From: Harriotta raleighana
Taxonomy: Eukaryota
Assembly: GCA_050575255.1 (NCBI GenBank)
Contig: JBNZDD010013732.1
Span: 14,563,682 to 14,627,681 of the forward strand
Length of the DNA stretch: 64,000 nt
Reading direction: 5' to 3'
Below, in pieces: positions 51,326 to 63,075 of this stretch (the first letter of the stretch is position 1; each line of letters starts with the position of its first letter). A program made the translations under genes and the position numbers. Below the pieces are notes generated by a model. It saw only the letters and a program-made list of their open reading frames with translations, was not told the DNA's origin and ran no database searches.

Positions 51326-52399
51326 CAACAAATATCTGAACTACAAATTATGGATACAGTTGTTTTAAACCAGTGCACAAGGCTAATTCCATGTTATACT
51401 TTGGTTGAGATCAGCAAAGTCACTGACCAGGAATAGATACCAGAACCCCATCTATTCTGCATTACTCAGCACAATGCTGGGCAGCGCTTTTGTCCCTGAG
51501 CAACTATGGGAACTCAAACATTCATTTCTAGCAATTGCAAGAGAACATATTGACTTAGAGGTGAGAATGCTATCAATTGAGCTTGGAGGCTGACACCTCT
51601 CATTACCCAAAAGAATTGCATGTTCCCAATAAATATCCATTTAATTGAACAATAGAAAAAATTGACAGTATGATTTCTTCTTTTCTTGCTACATTAAGAA
51701 AATTATATTGCAAATGTTGAATGTCCCTGTAACTCTTAGCCTAAAATAGTCCGGAAAACGTAATCCAATACTCGTCATCCTGTGACGTCCTGAACCACTC
51801 AAAACTATTTTAGTCATCCATTTAAACATGAAAAATCGACATTTATTAAAGCAACAAATCAATGCCAAGAAACAGTCTAAAAGTGGTGCCTTGGAACGTC
51901 CTCCTAATGTAAAAATGTTATTTTGTTTTTGTTGTAAAAAAAAGCACTCACAAAAGATATTTTCAAGTTTGAGAGTGAAAAAATAGAAACAATGTAAAAT
52001 ATTGGCTAGGTGGGAGAAGATTGAGGGAATAATTCTGGGTCTTCAAAACTGTTACTGATTTATAATCCATTTATCTGCAGTTTTCTCTATTCTCTTCTAG
52101 CTGTGGAAATGTCTGGTGATTTATCCTGTGACGTTTACACTGTGAAATTAGACATATTGTGCCATCATTTTAAACATCCCCAGCTGAAACTCCGCTCTGT
52201 GGTATCTATGTTGAAGTCACCAAATAAAAACAACTCAAATATTCTTAGATGGAAAGCGTTTCCCTAAAATTAATAATAATCATCATTAAGATGATTCAGA
52301 GTGCTTCACAGGATTTTATTGTTAAATGTACGGATCGTGTATTTGTAGACAAACCAGTCCACCGACAGCCAATTCCCTTCTACATGGAATTATTGCATT

Positions 52400-52790
52400 A
52401 ACTGAATTTGAGTCTAATTGCTTCCATTTATTTCTGTCTACAATTCTCAGAGAGGAAAATAGCCATAAATTTATTGTTAGACCTATTCTCCAAAATCTAG
52501 CTATTAATGCCTTCTTGGTCTGTGCTGAACAGAGAACCTGATCATTTCTATTTTATCATTTTTTCTCACTATTTAAATGCATGTTTCATATACCTTCCTT
52601 TAACCTTTAATGTTCTAAAGGAGAATTATCTAAACTCACTTAATCCATTCCTTCTAGGTCTTGGATCTGAGCCCAGTAATCATCAAAGTCTCTTTTCTCT
52701 AGCCTCTTTAACCTGCAGTATATTTCCACAGTATCACTACACACGTTCAAAGCAAAAAAAAACTTGGCTTGATATTCAAATATGACAAAA
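52400..52790 (-). mobile_element. Old CR1 fragment
   Basis: ggagaattatctaaactcacttaatc...ctgcagtatatttccacagtatcactacacacg...caaaaaaaaactt, a reverse CR1 C-terminal pattern. Confidence 0.45.
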
Positions 52791-52984
52791 CTGTGGGCAA
52801 GTTTCCTTACTCCACATGCCTGTTTACCTAACAGTAAGTAGGAACCCAGTTGTTAGATGATTGACAGATCGCTTTTCTGGGGTAATAAAATAAAAGCAAA
52901 TGCCGAGTTACGCCCACAAAATATAAAATCAATTCATTTTACAGTCTATTCTTTGAAGCGCTTTGAGATGTCTCAAAGACGTGA
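52790..52984 (+). mobile_element. SINE family 1 variant fragment
   Basis: gggcaagtttccttactccac, ctgtttacctaacagtaagtaggaacccag, tail gaagcgctttgagatgtctcaaagacgtga, cut short by the next element. Confidence 0.75.
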
Positions 52985-53130
52985 TAATAATAATACTTGT
53001 ATTTGATTTAGCACGTTTCACGTCTTCTAGACATCTCAAAGTGCTTCACCGAATATACTAGTATACTAGTACTGTATATTTGTGGGCGAAATGCTCAAGC
53101 CAATAGTAAACAGCAGTATCCCACAAACAA
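52985..53130 (-). mobile_element. SINE family 1 3' fragment, tail-to-tail with the previous element
   Basis: taataataatacttgtatttgatttagcacgtttcacgtcttctagacatctcaaagtgcttc...tatttgtgggcgaaa...cccacaaaca. Confidence 0.8.
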
Positions 53131-53849
53131 TATGCAAGAATTATTATTTCCCTATGCTCTTCCCAAACACTTATTTTTTCTTAGATCCTTCTCAAACTAG
53201 CACTCTTTTCCAAACAATATTACATCTTTTCAAAATCTAGAAATGATCTTTTCATTCATTTGTTTAATGAAAGTGAGAAAATCACAAAGTTCAGGTGTTA
53301 AACAGCGCTGGACATTGTACAATTAACTTATCAAACCCTACATCGACTTACTGGGGCGACCAAGTAGACAGGAATATAGAAACAGGAGTAGGACCATTCC
53401 TTTTCAGAATGATATACAGTACTGTATTGTCTTAGAGTGGAAAGCAATGAGTCATTACTTCCCAAGTAATTATCTCACTTAAACATCCCAATGCACCTGC
53501 AGCCTTTTGAGTTAGTGAAGTCCCAATTCTTAGATACCTTTGTCTAAGGGGTTTAAGAATATATGTTGTGTGACCTCACACCCAATTAGTTAATATTTAA
53601 TATAAAACCTATAGCTCCTTGGTTTGGAAACCTGGACTACTGTCCTGTATCTAGCTTGTCAATTTCATTTGTTCCTATATCTTTAAATAAAGTTAATGAA
53701 CAAAGTTATTTTGCCCTGGGAGTGAAGTAGCTGCAAAGTTCAAGCTTTATACCTCAGACCTTCTGAGTGTATTACTAAATTTACATTGTATTATCCTGAT
53801 TTAGGGCTGAATGAACCAAAGCAGACTCATTGCCTCAGCAATCCCTCAT

Positions 53850-54737
53850 TTGTGGTCCATGCCTTTGTCACCTCTCAGCTGGACCATTCCAATGCCCTCC
53901 TCGCCGGTCTGCCCTCCTTGCCGGTCTGCCCTCCACCACAATCCATAAAATCCAACTCATTCAAAACTCTACGGCCCTCATTCACACCCGCACCAAACTT
54001 CTCTCCCCCATTACCCCAGTCTCAGTACTTTGGGACGTCCTTCCGACATGAAAGGCGCTATACAAGTGTAACTTTGTTGTTGTTGTCCTTGCCAAACTTC
54101 ACTGGCTCCCTGTCCCAGAGAGGATCAATTTCAAGATCCTTACCCNTTGCCGGTCTGCCCTCCACCACAATCCATAAAATCCAACTCATTCAAAACTCTA
54201 CGGCCCTCATTCACACCCATACCAAACTTCGCTCCCCCATTACCCCAGTCTCAGTACTTTGGGACGTCCTTCCGACATGAAAGGCGCTATACAAGTGTAA
54301 CTTTGTTGTTGTTGTCCTTGCCAAACTTCACTGGCTCCCTGTCCCAGAGAGGATCAATTTCAAGATCCTTACCCTTGTTTTCAAATCCCTCCACTCCTCT
54401 GCACACCCATATCTCTCCGATCTCCTCTCTCCTGAAACCAGCACCCGTTGCCTTCAGGTCCGGCCTCCACCGTTTTCCCCGAATCCTCCACTCAGCCCTT
54501 AATGACCGTGCCTTCAACCACTACTCCCCGAGGCTCTGGAACTCCCTTCCTCACTCCCTTCGCCTTGCCACTTCTCTTCCCAGTTTCAGGTCCCAGCTAA
54601 AGATCTTTCTCTTCGACCGTGCCTTTGGTCACCTTTCTACCCCTGCCCCTGGCTTGGTCCCAGGATCCGTTGTTGTGAAGTGCTCTGAGACTCAGTCCGG
54701 CGTGGAGGGCACTATACAAATCGAAGTTGTTGTTGTT
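53850..54737 (+). mobile_element. L2 family B 3' fragment with nested tail-only insertion and N-joined duplicate
   Basis: VHAFVTSQLD, GLPSTTIHKIQLIQNS, AFNHYSPRLWNSLP, LKIFLFDRAFGH; tail aagtgctctgagactcagtccggcgtggagggcactatac..gttgttgttg. Confidence 0.9.
53918..54374. other. 228-bp duplicate across a single-N join (54146), probable assembly artefact
   Basis: 53918-54145 is repeated at 54147-54374 with few differences. Confidence 0.8.
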
Positions 54738-55898
54738 ATGCATTTCTACAACAATGATGATGATTTTCCCTTTGATTTGTTTCAACTGAATTCCTCCTTG
54801 CCAGTTAACAGAAAACAGGCAGTGGAATTGAATTGCAGGTGTATTGGAGCCTTCTAGGTGTTTGTTGTAATGTTTTACACATGATTGTTTGATGTAGGCA
54901 CTGGGGATTCCAATGTGCAGAACAGCTAGGTCTGATGCTAAACAGTGAGCTCTTGTTGACTTCAGAAGTCTGGTGAATATATAAGCTTACGGTATAATGA
55001 TAACTTTCAAGCTTACATTTGTAGAGTGCCTTTCACATCGGGAGGATGTCCCAAGGTGCTAGGACAGTGGTGGAACTCTTGCTTTGAGCCAGGGACAATC
55101 GGGAAGTTGATGGTAGCTATGATTGAAGTCTTCAGGCATGGAAAATCATTTCAGTATTATGATTTGGTCGCACATTTGACATAATTTGTTTCAGGAATAC
55201 TCTTGAGTTAAAATAGTAAATATCAGAGAAAATATAGGGAAAAGATATGCAATCTTGTGTCACCGAATTCCATGTTCACTTTTGATTTTGCCTATTTTTA
55301 AATATCTGCATCCAGTCTTAGTTTAAGCACCAGAGTTAAGTGATTTATAGGGCACAAGTGCATGTTAAATATGCAGATACTAAACTCAAGCCAGGTTATA
55401 GGGTTCAAAAATAACATTTCTAGAAATTTATTTCGTACTTAATAGTTGAAAAGTTATTCTTTAAATAGTTAGCTTTCAATTGAGTTGGGTGTTAACTCCT
55501 TATCATCTTATTTGTGCGCCAAAAGTTGTATGTTCACATAAATAGCAAGATGTCTCCACAAAATACTTTGTCTCCAGACACAGACAAGTATTTCACATAC
55601 ATCTCTAATGTGATTTAGGCACTTTGTGATTTGAAGATTATTGTAAGAATGGAAACGAGGGTGGTGGTAAGCATCAAGCATTTATCAAGCATAAAAATCC
55701 ATTTTCAAGGGTGCCAAATGCAACAACAAAATTAATCTATGCCGTTATTTCCTGCTGATCAGTTGATCATATACATTAGTCATTCCGGATGTCAGAGCAT
55801 GTTCATTAAGGTGTTTATGGATGTGAGAATCTACCATATGCCCTAGAGGCAGAAGAGAGCAACGAGTCTGATCCCCATGAGCTATGAGCCATGATTAG

Positions 55899-56103
55899 CA
55901 GTGGCTTCCAAACTTTGAATAGCGGCGCCCTCCCACCGCTAACTTAGCAACATTTTTGTTGCGGCCCCCCCATCCTTCACACTCGGCTCCGCACACTCGG
56001 GTCCTCAGTTCCGCCTCGGCTCCACACGCACTCGGGGGTTCCAGATGCTAAAGTTCTGTACCCCCCACCAAGGTAGCAGCGCCCCACAGTTTGGAAACCA
56101 CTA
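55899..56103. mobile_element. hAT (Charlie-like) MITE, ~205 bp, GC-rich
   Basis: TIRs cagtggcttccaaact / agtttggaaaccacta; only a 5-bp flank repeat (attag) is visible; it sits in an old CR1 fragment. Confidence 0.7.
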
Positions 56104-56410
56104 ATTAGGGTATGTCTCAAGTGAAGATGTCTTAGATGGGCACTTCATAGAGATATATGAAAATGTAAAATGCCATTGAAAAAGTAAACTCAGAACAATC
56201 CTTTAAGATGCAGCAAGGATACGAGTGTTGCCAAAGGCAACTTCAGGATAGTCAATGAAGTTTTACTTTTTTGTTTTTAATGACTAGAAAAGATTGCAAG
56301 GAAGTGTGGTTGAGTTCCGGGCACTGGATTCATTCCAAAAAGCAGCTTGATGCTTTATGGGAGGACGAGATCAGATGGGACAAAGTGCCCTGTTTATCTT
56401 AAGTGACCTT
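56104..56410 (+). mobile_element. Old CR1 fragment
   Basis: gcacttcatagagatatatgaaa...gtaaactcagaacaatcc...gtggttgag..ggattcattccaaaaagcagcttgatgc. Confidence 0.55.
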
Positions 56411-58241
56411 GTTACAAACAATAAAAAGGAGACTGAACTGAAACAGCCTGCCCATAAAGTTCACAATCATGAAGCTTTCAAAACTGCATTGGAATAATTG
56501 TGAGGCCCTGATCACACCCAAGAGTTCAGATGAAAATTACTTGGAAATTGTTCAAGCTTCTCTCACGATTTACGATGTCACCCGAGCCATTTAATGAGAT
56601 GCTGGTGTGTAATCTCTCCCAGGTACCTGTCGTTCTCTATTTAAATCCAATTATGGATGATTGCATCATTGACCTCCGTTTGGACATGAAAGTGATTAAA
56701 GGTAATAGATTGTATTGAGGTGAGCTCATAGCGTGCTTGTTTAATTAATTTGTATGTAGGTACATTTTGTATTCCCAACTATTTATAGGACCCCCAGTGC
56801 TATGAAATGATCTGTTAAGGGCTTTGATTTGAAGTGCACCTTGCAATTCTCATCCATATTTATTTAGCTGGTGCTACTTTCGGAGGGAAGAAATAATGGC
56901 TTGGCTCTGAATTATTCCAACAAATTGAAGAACATGATGCAGCAATGTATTTTACAACCTTTCTACACAGGACAATGCTGGTTGTGTTAATATATTTTGT
57001 TAACTGGGGAGAGGATTGGCTGTTGAAAGGTATGCGTAAAAACGGTTTAATTTAAAATCTGAAAATTACTTTGTTTAAAGTGTGCATTGCATTTGTGATT
57101 TGCAAGGGTTCATCCATGTGTCATTTTGCTCATTACTTCCTGATGGTTTTATAACTCGTGGAGATACAGAACGAGATCCATTACAGGGAGAAATTCTCTT
57201 TTGTAATAGTGCACAATTAAGTGAATCCTTAATCTGGTTTTCTAATGTTATTGTCATGCATGAGACGATGTGCTTGGTTAGCATGGAATGTTTTTCTCCA
57301 ATGCAGCTGTAAATATTATAACACAAGGAGACTGATACTTAAGCTGTCAGTGCCTTACTTGCCGTACATATCCTTCACAGGAGCTCCTTTGTTCAGAGTG
57401 ACCAGGGTCGACTTTATTAGATTGACAGAATTGAGCATTTTAAAATCTGAAATAAAATAATTGAAGTATAAGAATATCAGGAGGACTTTCAGTCAGGTTA
57501 TTTCACAGTTTAATCTCCAACCTAAAATATCTTTGTGATTTTTAGCTTGATATAATTCTGGAGAAATGGAATGCTTTTCCAACTCTTGGGCCTTACTGTG
57601 TGAAGCATTATCTCTGACCACAAGGGCAGGATTGCAAACCTTGCCAGGTATTTCTCAGTGTTGGTCAGCAACCAAGAGGTTTGTGAAGGCAGCCAATTAA
57701 CCCTTTCTACAGTAACTTGTCAGCCTGTTGCTTGATGTGTCCCCTGAAAGCAATAATAGAATAATAATACTGTGGTAATAAATACCAAATGTAATGGTGA
57801 CAAATAGCAAGAGTAATAGTAAAATAATACAAATTCACCTGACAAACCTGGGAATTATTCCCAGAGAACTGTCTGTGCATTGTACCATGGAACAGGATAG
57901 CTGCAAACCCATGGAATTGGGGACAAAGGTGGTTTCATAGTTGTTAATGGAAATAGAAAGAGCTAAGGGACTGGAAGATTTACTGCATTCGATAATGTAG
58001 CTGTTAACAATTGAATGTTTTGAGCAAACTGATATCTTGTGCAGTGTTCAAAACAGATTACAGAAACGAAAAATCAATACAGGATTGGAATTGGAGAAAA
58101 ATGAGCAACCACTGAAGGCTTAGATGGAACCAATTTTCTTCAGAAGAATGTTAAAGACTCAATAACCTTAAAAGTTGAAAATACTCCTGCCCACATCAAA
58201 CTTAGAACATTTTTTCTGTGCTGCTATACCACATCTCAATA

Positions 58242-59023
58242 CAGTAAAACCTTGTTTATCCGTGACTCGATGAACCGGAAAACCCATTCAACCACTATCT
58301 CAAAAAAAAAGTCCTGATTCAATGAACTGGAAGTTATCCAGCAGAATAGTAAAGACGCATTTAATGAATAGATTGTTGCACGCGAGTACTGCTGCAGTTA
58401 TATTGACGGCCGCTAGTTGAGCCTAAAGTCACTCTATTGACTTTTTCAAAACTCGCGATACTACCGTTTGTTAAAAAAATGCCGTTTTCCAGATTTTTTA
58501 TTCCTTCTTTGGCAGCCATTGAAGAAGTTAAGTATAAATTATAACGTACTAATACAATATTCTGTTAGTATAGTATCTGTTATTAGTGTATTTAATCTAT
58601 TATTTATATAGTATTGTTCAACATTTACATGTGTGTGTGTGTGTATGTGTGTGTGTATACTCTCGCTCTCCCTCTGCAAGTCCAGCCTATTCAATCAATT
58701 TAAAACACTTCGCAAGAAGGCTTCACAGTAATCGACCATACCTTCCCCTCGCTGAGGGTTAGTGGCGTGTGGACGGCAGCTTCCTGTGTTTGCACAGGGT
58801 GGGATCTGGTAATCTGTTATTACTGTGTTCAAATAATTTTAAATTTAAAAAAAATAAATAATAATTTTTTTTGAATCCGTTTAACCAGAAAACCGTTTAN
58901 CGTTCAAATAATTTTAATTTTTTTTTAAATAAAAAATATTTTTTTTTGAATCCGTTTAACCAGAAAACCATTTAACCGGCATTCACCAGGTCCCGTGGGT
59001 GTCGGATAAACAAGGTTTTACTG
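58242..59023. mobile_element. Tc1/mariner (Tigger/pogo-like) non-autonomous transposon
   Basis: Perfect 21-bp TIRs cagtaaaaccttgtttatccg / cggataaacaaggttttactg, TA on both sides, subterminal aaccgg/aaccag repeats, internal (GT)n. The length includes an N-join duplicate. Confidence 0.9.
58630..58656 (+). repeat. (GT)n microsatellite
   Basis: tgtgtgtgtgtgtgtatgtgtgtgtgt. Confidence 0.9.
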
Positions 59024-59256
59024 TATAGCCCATTGGTACTCATTCGCCTTTGTCAACTTAGAACACATGGATCATGTTTGTAAATNAAATTTAAAAAAAA
59101 TAAATAATAATTTTTTTTGAATCCGTTTAACCAGAAAACCGTTTAACTGGCATTCGCCAGGTCCCGTGGGTGTCGGATAAACAAGGTTTTACTGTATAGC
59201 CCGTTGGTACTCATTCGCCTTTGTCAACTTAGAACACATGGATCATGTTTGTAAAT
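58827..59256. other. Duplicated segments across single-N joins at 58900 and 59086 (second copy of the right TIR ends at 59194)
   Basis: Near-identical repeats restart immediately after each N and differ by SNPs. Confidence 0.8.
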
Positions 59257-59395
59257 TGATAGCAAAGGTTTGTGATTTTCAGGTTTACCCATTTTCTGAA
59301 TTGTTCTGTCCTTTTCACAACTTTTCGCTCTCCTGAGTTTATGACTCTGAGTTATGTGGATGTTTATGAAGTATTCTATTGCATATTTCTGCCCT

Positions 59396-59821
59396 TGGTG
59401 ACATTGCTGATAAATAGCAAGTGCAAAACTGGGGGGGAAAAATTGTGGAAGTGCAATAAAATGAAAATGTACCTTTTTTTAAACACAAGATAACGCAAAA
59501 GTTTTCCTTCGTAACTGGAACTGTATTTTGATGATCAGTGATCTGTAACCAGCAATGTAAATTGTACACTGAGATCCTTTGTATAATCAGCAAATAAATG
59601 ATAGCNTGGTGACATTGCTGATAAATAGCAAGTGCAAAACTGGGGGGGAAAAATTGTGGAAGTGCAATAAAATGAAAATGTACCTTTTTTTAAACACAAG
59701 ATAACGCAAAAGTTTTCCTTCGTAACTGGAACTGTATTTTGATGATCAGTGATCTGAGCGCTGTAACCAGCTGTAAATTGTACACTGAGATCCTTTGTAT
59801 AATCAGCAAATAAATGATAGC
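59396..59821. other. ~210-bp duplicate across a single-N join (59606)
   Basis: tggtgacattgctg...aaatgatagc is repeated; the copies differ by small indels (gatctgtaacc vs gatctgagcgctgtaacc). Confidence 0.8.
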
Positions 59822-60152
59822 TTGGGCTTCCGTTTAGTCTTTAGAAAGATTCTTTCAGACAGACTCTCAATGTGAAAGATATTGCATGGGTGTAAATTGT
59901 TTTTTTATGCCACTTCACTCAGACAACTAATTTCTACTCAATATATAAATTGTATCTAAACTTATGAGGCTAAAATGTTGGACCTCCTCGATATTTAACA
60001 GCAAAGATCGCTTGTATAAGATGATATCCCTTGAATTTGTAACCATAGTCCATTAATGCTGAGGTCAAGTGTTCTAACACCCACAGCTACCCCAGTTATG
60101 ATCTGTTATCCCCGCACAGACTAGGAATGGGTGCAGAATCTTTATGTCACCT

Positions 60153-60390
60153 ATAATAATCCTTGGATTTGATACAGTGCCTTAACATGTCTTTGAGACA
60201 TCGCAAAGCACTTCACAGAATATACTGATAAGTGAATTGACTGTATATTTTGTGGCAGGCAAACAGAGGCGCTTGCTAGGTAAACAGAGACTGTGGAGTA
60301 AGGAAACTTGCCTAACATTTTGCCCCGGAATCGGCCCCAGGTTCTCTCGTGTGCAAGGCGAGTGCTCTAACCACTAAACTACAGGATTCC
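60153..60390 (-). mobile_element. tRNA-headed SINE family 1 variant (short, Deu core largely missing)
   Basis: Reverse head gagtgctctaaccactaaactacaggattcc, tgctaggtaaacag module, standard tail. Confidence 0.75.
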
Positions 60391-61674
60391 ATATACTGTA
60401 GTCTAATATCACATTATATAACTGCTTTTTGAAGAATATTCTGAAGGAGATTCTTTCAGTCCATCAGAATATTACCTGTTGGTGGTGATCTTCTATTTTG
60501 GATTTGCACTCATTCCCACTCCACATTCTCTGGTGATCCATTTTCAGGGGTCAACCCTTGTGCCAATTATTCTGCAAACACTTAATTCATTTCTGGAGGT
60601 GTTGCAGTTTGGATTCAACTCATTAGGAATTCCAATGCCAGAAAATTTCAACGGAATGCGATGTCTATGTACTTGGATATTAGGAGATGTTGCCTTCAAT
60701 TTATTTTTTGACTGCTTTCTGGAGGTCAGGGTCGTGTTCTGCTTTCTTTTTGTTTGTCTATAAACAAAATATCACACGTTTATCCAATCTAACCTGCACA
60801 TTGGCTTTTGCATGCTACAGTTGTTATTTCCAAGCAAAGATCTGCCAAGACCAATTATCACTATTATCTCTATAAGACACTTTGGGAAGGCAGTCCTTTG
60901 TTTCAGTAATGTTGCAGGCATCAATTTGGCATAAAACATTGCAGAATAAAATGGCCAATAGATGAATGAATGGTATATTGGTAGCCATTGCAGCATAATT
61001 TTGCTCGCATAGGAATTATATTTATGTCGTGCATGAATAATATGCATTAAAATTATCATAACGGTAGGTTTATGCCCGACATTCATTAAACTATTCAAAA
61101 TTATACTACAGGATATTTTTTTCTGGCAGTTCATCACTGTTTATGTATGAAATATGTATCCAGAAATAAATGATGCCAGATATTAATTCATTTAAAGTCA
61201 CTTGGGATCTATGGCGGTTTTTTTGTGTGGTTGTTTGTTGTAATGTCTCTGCAAGCAGTTGTATTATTGATGAGAATCAGTTAACTCTCCAACTCAGTGA
61301 AGTGTGTAGCATTACTGCAATGCAAGACTGAAGGAAATACTGCTGTGGTTTTATATTGATTAATTTAATGTTGTGGAGATCTTTGCATTTACTTAATGGA
61401 ATGCCTAGAAACAAGACAGGCTGCTGTAGAATATGAGTATTTTGTTCACATAAGTGCAGTCAGTACAGAGCACGTTTGAGCAGAGTTTAAGGAAAATTAA
61501 ATTTGGAGTAAAGGCTGGAAATGTAATTGATCATAAATTAATGCACAGCTAAGCTTGCCCCATTCACCTTTGATATAGACCAAGCACAAGGAATGTTTTT
61601 CTTATGACTTTCTTGTTGTGCATAAAGTGTTTGAGGCATTAAGATGTCAAATGCGAGTGACTATAAAATCGTTC

Positions 61675-62060
61675 AGTTCCTATTTCCCTAGAGCTGAGAA
61701 GATGAAGGATGATCCGATCGAAGTGTTTAAGGTAATGAAGAGAATTAACAAGCTAGATGAAAGATGATTCTTAACTCTGGTGAACAAATACAGAACAAGG
61801 GGATAGAATTAGAGCTAATGCAGTCAAAAATGAAACTGTAAATATTTCACCTCAAGGATGAGAAATTGCGCAGCATACTGCTCAGTAAAGTAATTGATGC
61901 AGAACTGATTGGAGTTCTTCAAAAAGGAGAGACTAACCTATTTCCTTGAGAAGTAAGGCTTTTTGAGGTATGGAAAGATGATGGGTGAAGTGAGTAAAAT
62001 GCAATAATGCAATAATATGATGGAGCCAATTGGACGAGTCCTCATACCCTCCATTTCTAT
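61675..62060 (+). mobile_element. Old CR1 3' fragment
   Basis: ctatttccctagagctgagaag...gatccgatcgaagtgtttaaggtaatgaag (LFSLE.RR..D.IEVFK.MK); ttcaaaaaggagagac. Confidence 0.7.
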
Positions 62061-62384
62061 GGACATTCAGTTTGGTGTCCATGACACATTGCTTTGAGCA
62101 CAGCAAATAGCCAGCAAACTGTAGCATGGTGAACGGCAACTCACACTGCCATAGAGGCTTGATGCCCTGAGGAAGATTTTGTGAATGGGAGAAATTGCAA
62201 GGGAAGGACGTATACCATTCATTCGATAACAGACATGGGTTGTTTTTAGAAACATACGGTATATCGGTTATGCTCTGTTACCTTCCAAATTTACAAGTAT
62301 AATTTTGTTAATGATTTTAACTGACATCAATGATTTTTAGAAATAATTCGAATCTAACTCAATGATGAGTAGATAATAAAAATA

Positions 62385-63075
62385 TAATAACATAAGAACT
62401 GCTAGACAAAAAATTACCAAGGTCCATCTAGTTCGCCTTCTATCTTCCTGGTGGTCGCATATACATATGTCCTAAACTACCTATATATATCCCTTAATTT
62501 TATTTCCTCAATCACAGACTGTGTCCACTGGTTTTACTATTCTGGACAAGTTTAAACATCATGATCTATATTATTTGTCCCCTTTAGAATCTTAAAGGCA
62601 GCAATTGTGTGGTCTCGCAATCTTCTCATTCCCAGCATGAACATGCCCAATTTACTTAGAAGCTTCTCATAGTCCAGTCATATTCCGCATAGTCCTCATA
62701 TTCCATACATTTGATACACTGCCAGGAGGATGTATCAAAGTGCTTCACATGATTTACTGTAATTGGAGTCACTGTCACAGGAGAGGTTTGTTAAGAAAGC
62801 CCTTCGGCCTATCTGATTGTATCTCTCTTGGAAAAACAATCCTCCCATCACACCAGTCAGATTTTTAAAAATGAGACCAGTGTCCTAGCATCAACTTCCC
62901 TTCCAGGTAACCTGTTCCAGTCAATAATTACACTATGAGTGGAGAAATAATTCTGATTGCCTGTCCTCAAATGGTTCTTTGCAATTATAAATCTACATCC
63001 TCCTATTCTTCTGTCTCAGTGCATCTGAGTGTATTGTTCTGAATTTACTTCCTTATTTCCATTTAAAATCTTATG
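62385..63075 (-). mobile_element. Cluster of old CR1 fragments
   Basis: aacataagaac tail, ggtccatctagttcgcc, tctcatagtccag, cttccaggtaacctgttccagtcaataattacactatgagtggagaaataa. Confidence 0.5.

Noticed and set aside
52081-52270. Exon after a strong polypyrimidine acceptor (ttttctctattctcttctag)
   Set aside because: No good donor follows and the peptide is unrecognisable.
53057-53072. Perfect 16-bp palindrome tactagtatactagta
   Set aside because: Explained by a small local duplication in a SINE copy; there is no evidence of function.
53918-54374. Biological tandem duplication
   Set aside because: The copies abut a single N, typical of overlapping contigs joined by a scaffolder; the same pattern occurs at 58900, 59086 and 59606.
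58425-58450. PIP-box-like SIDFFK remnant of a pogo transposase C-terminus
   Set aside because: Too short, and no surrounding ORF supports it.
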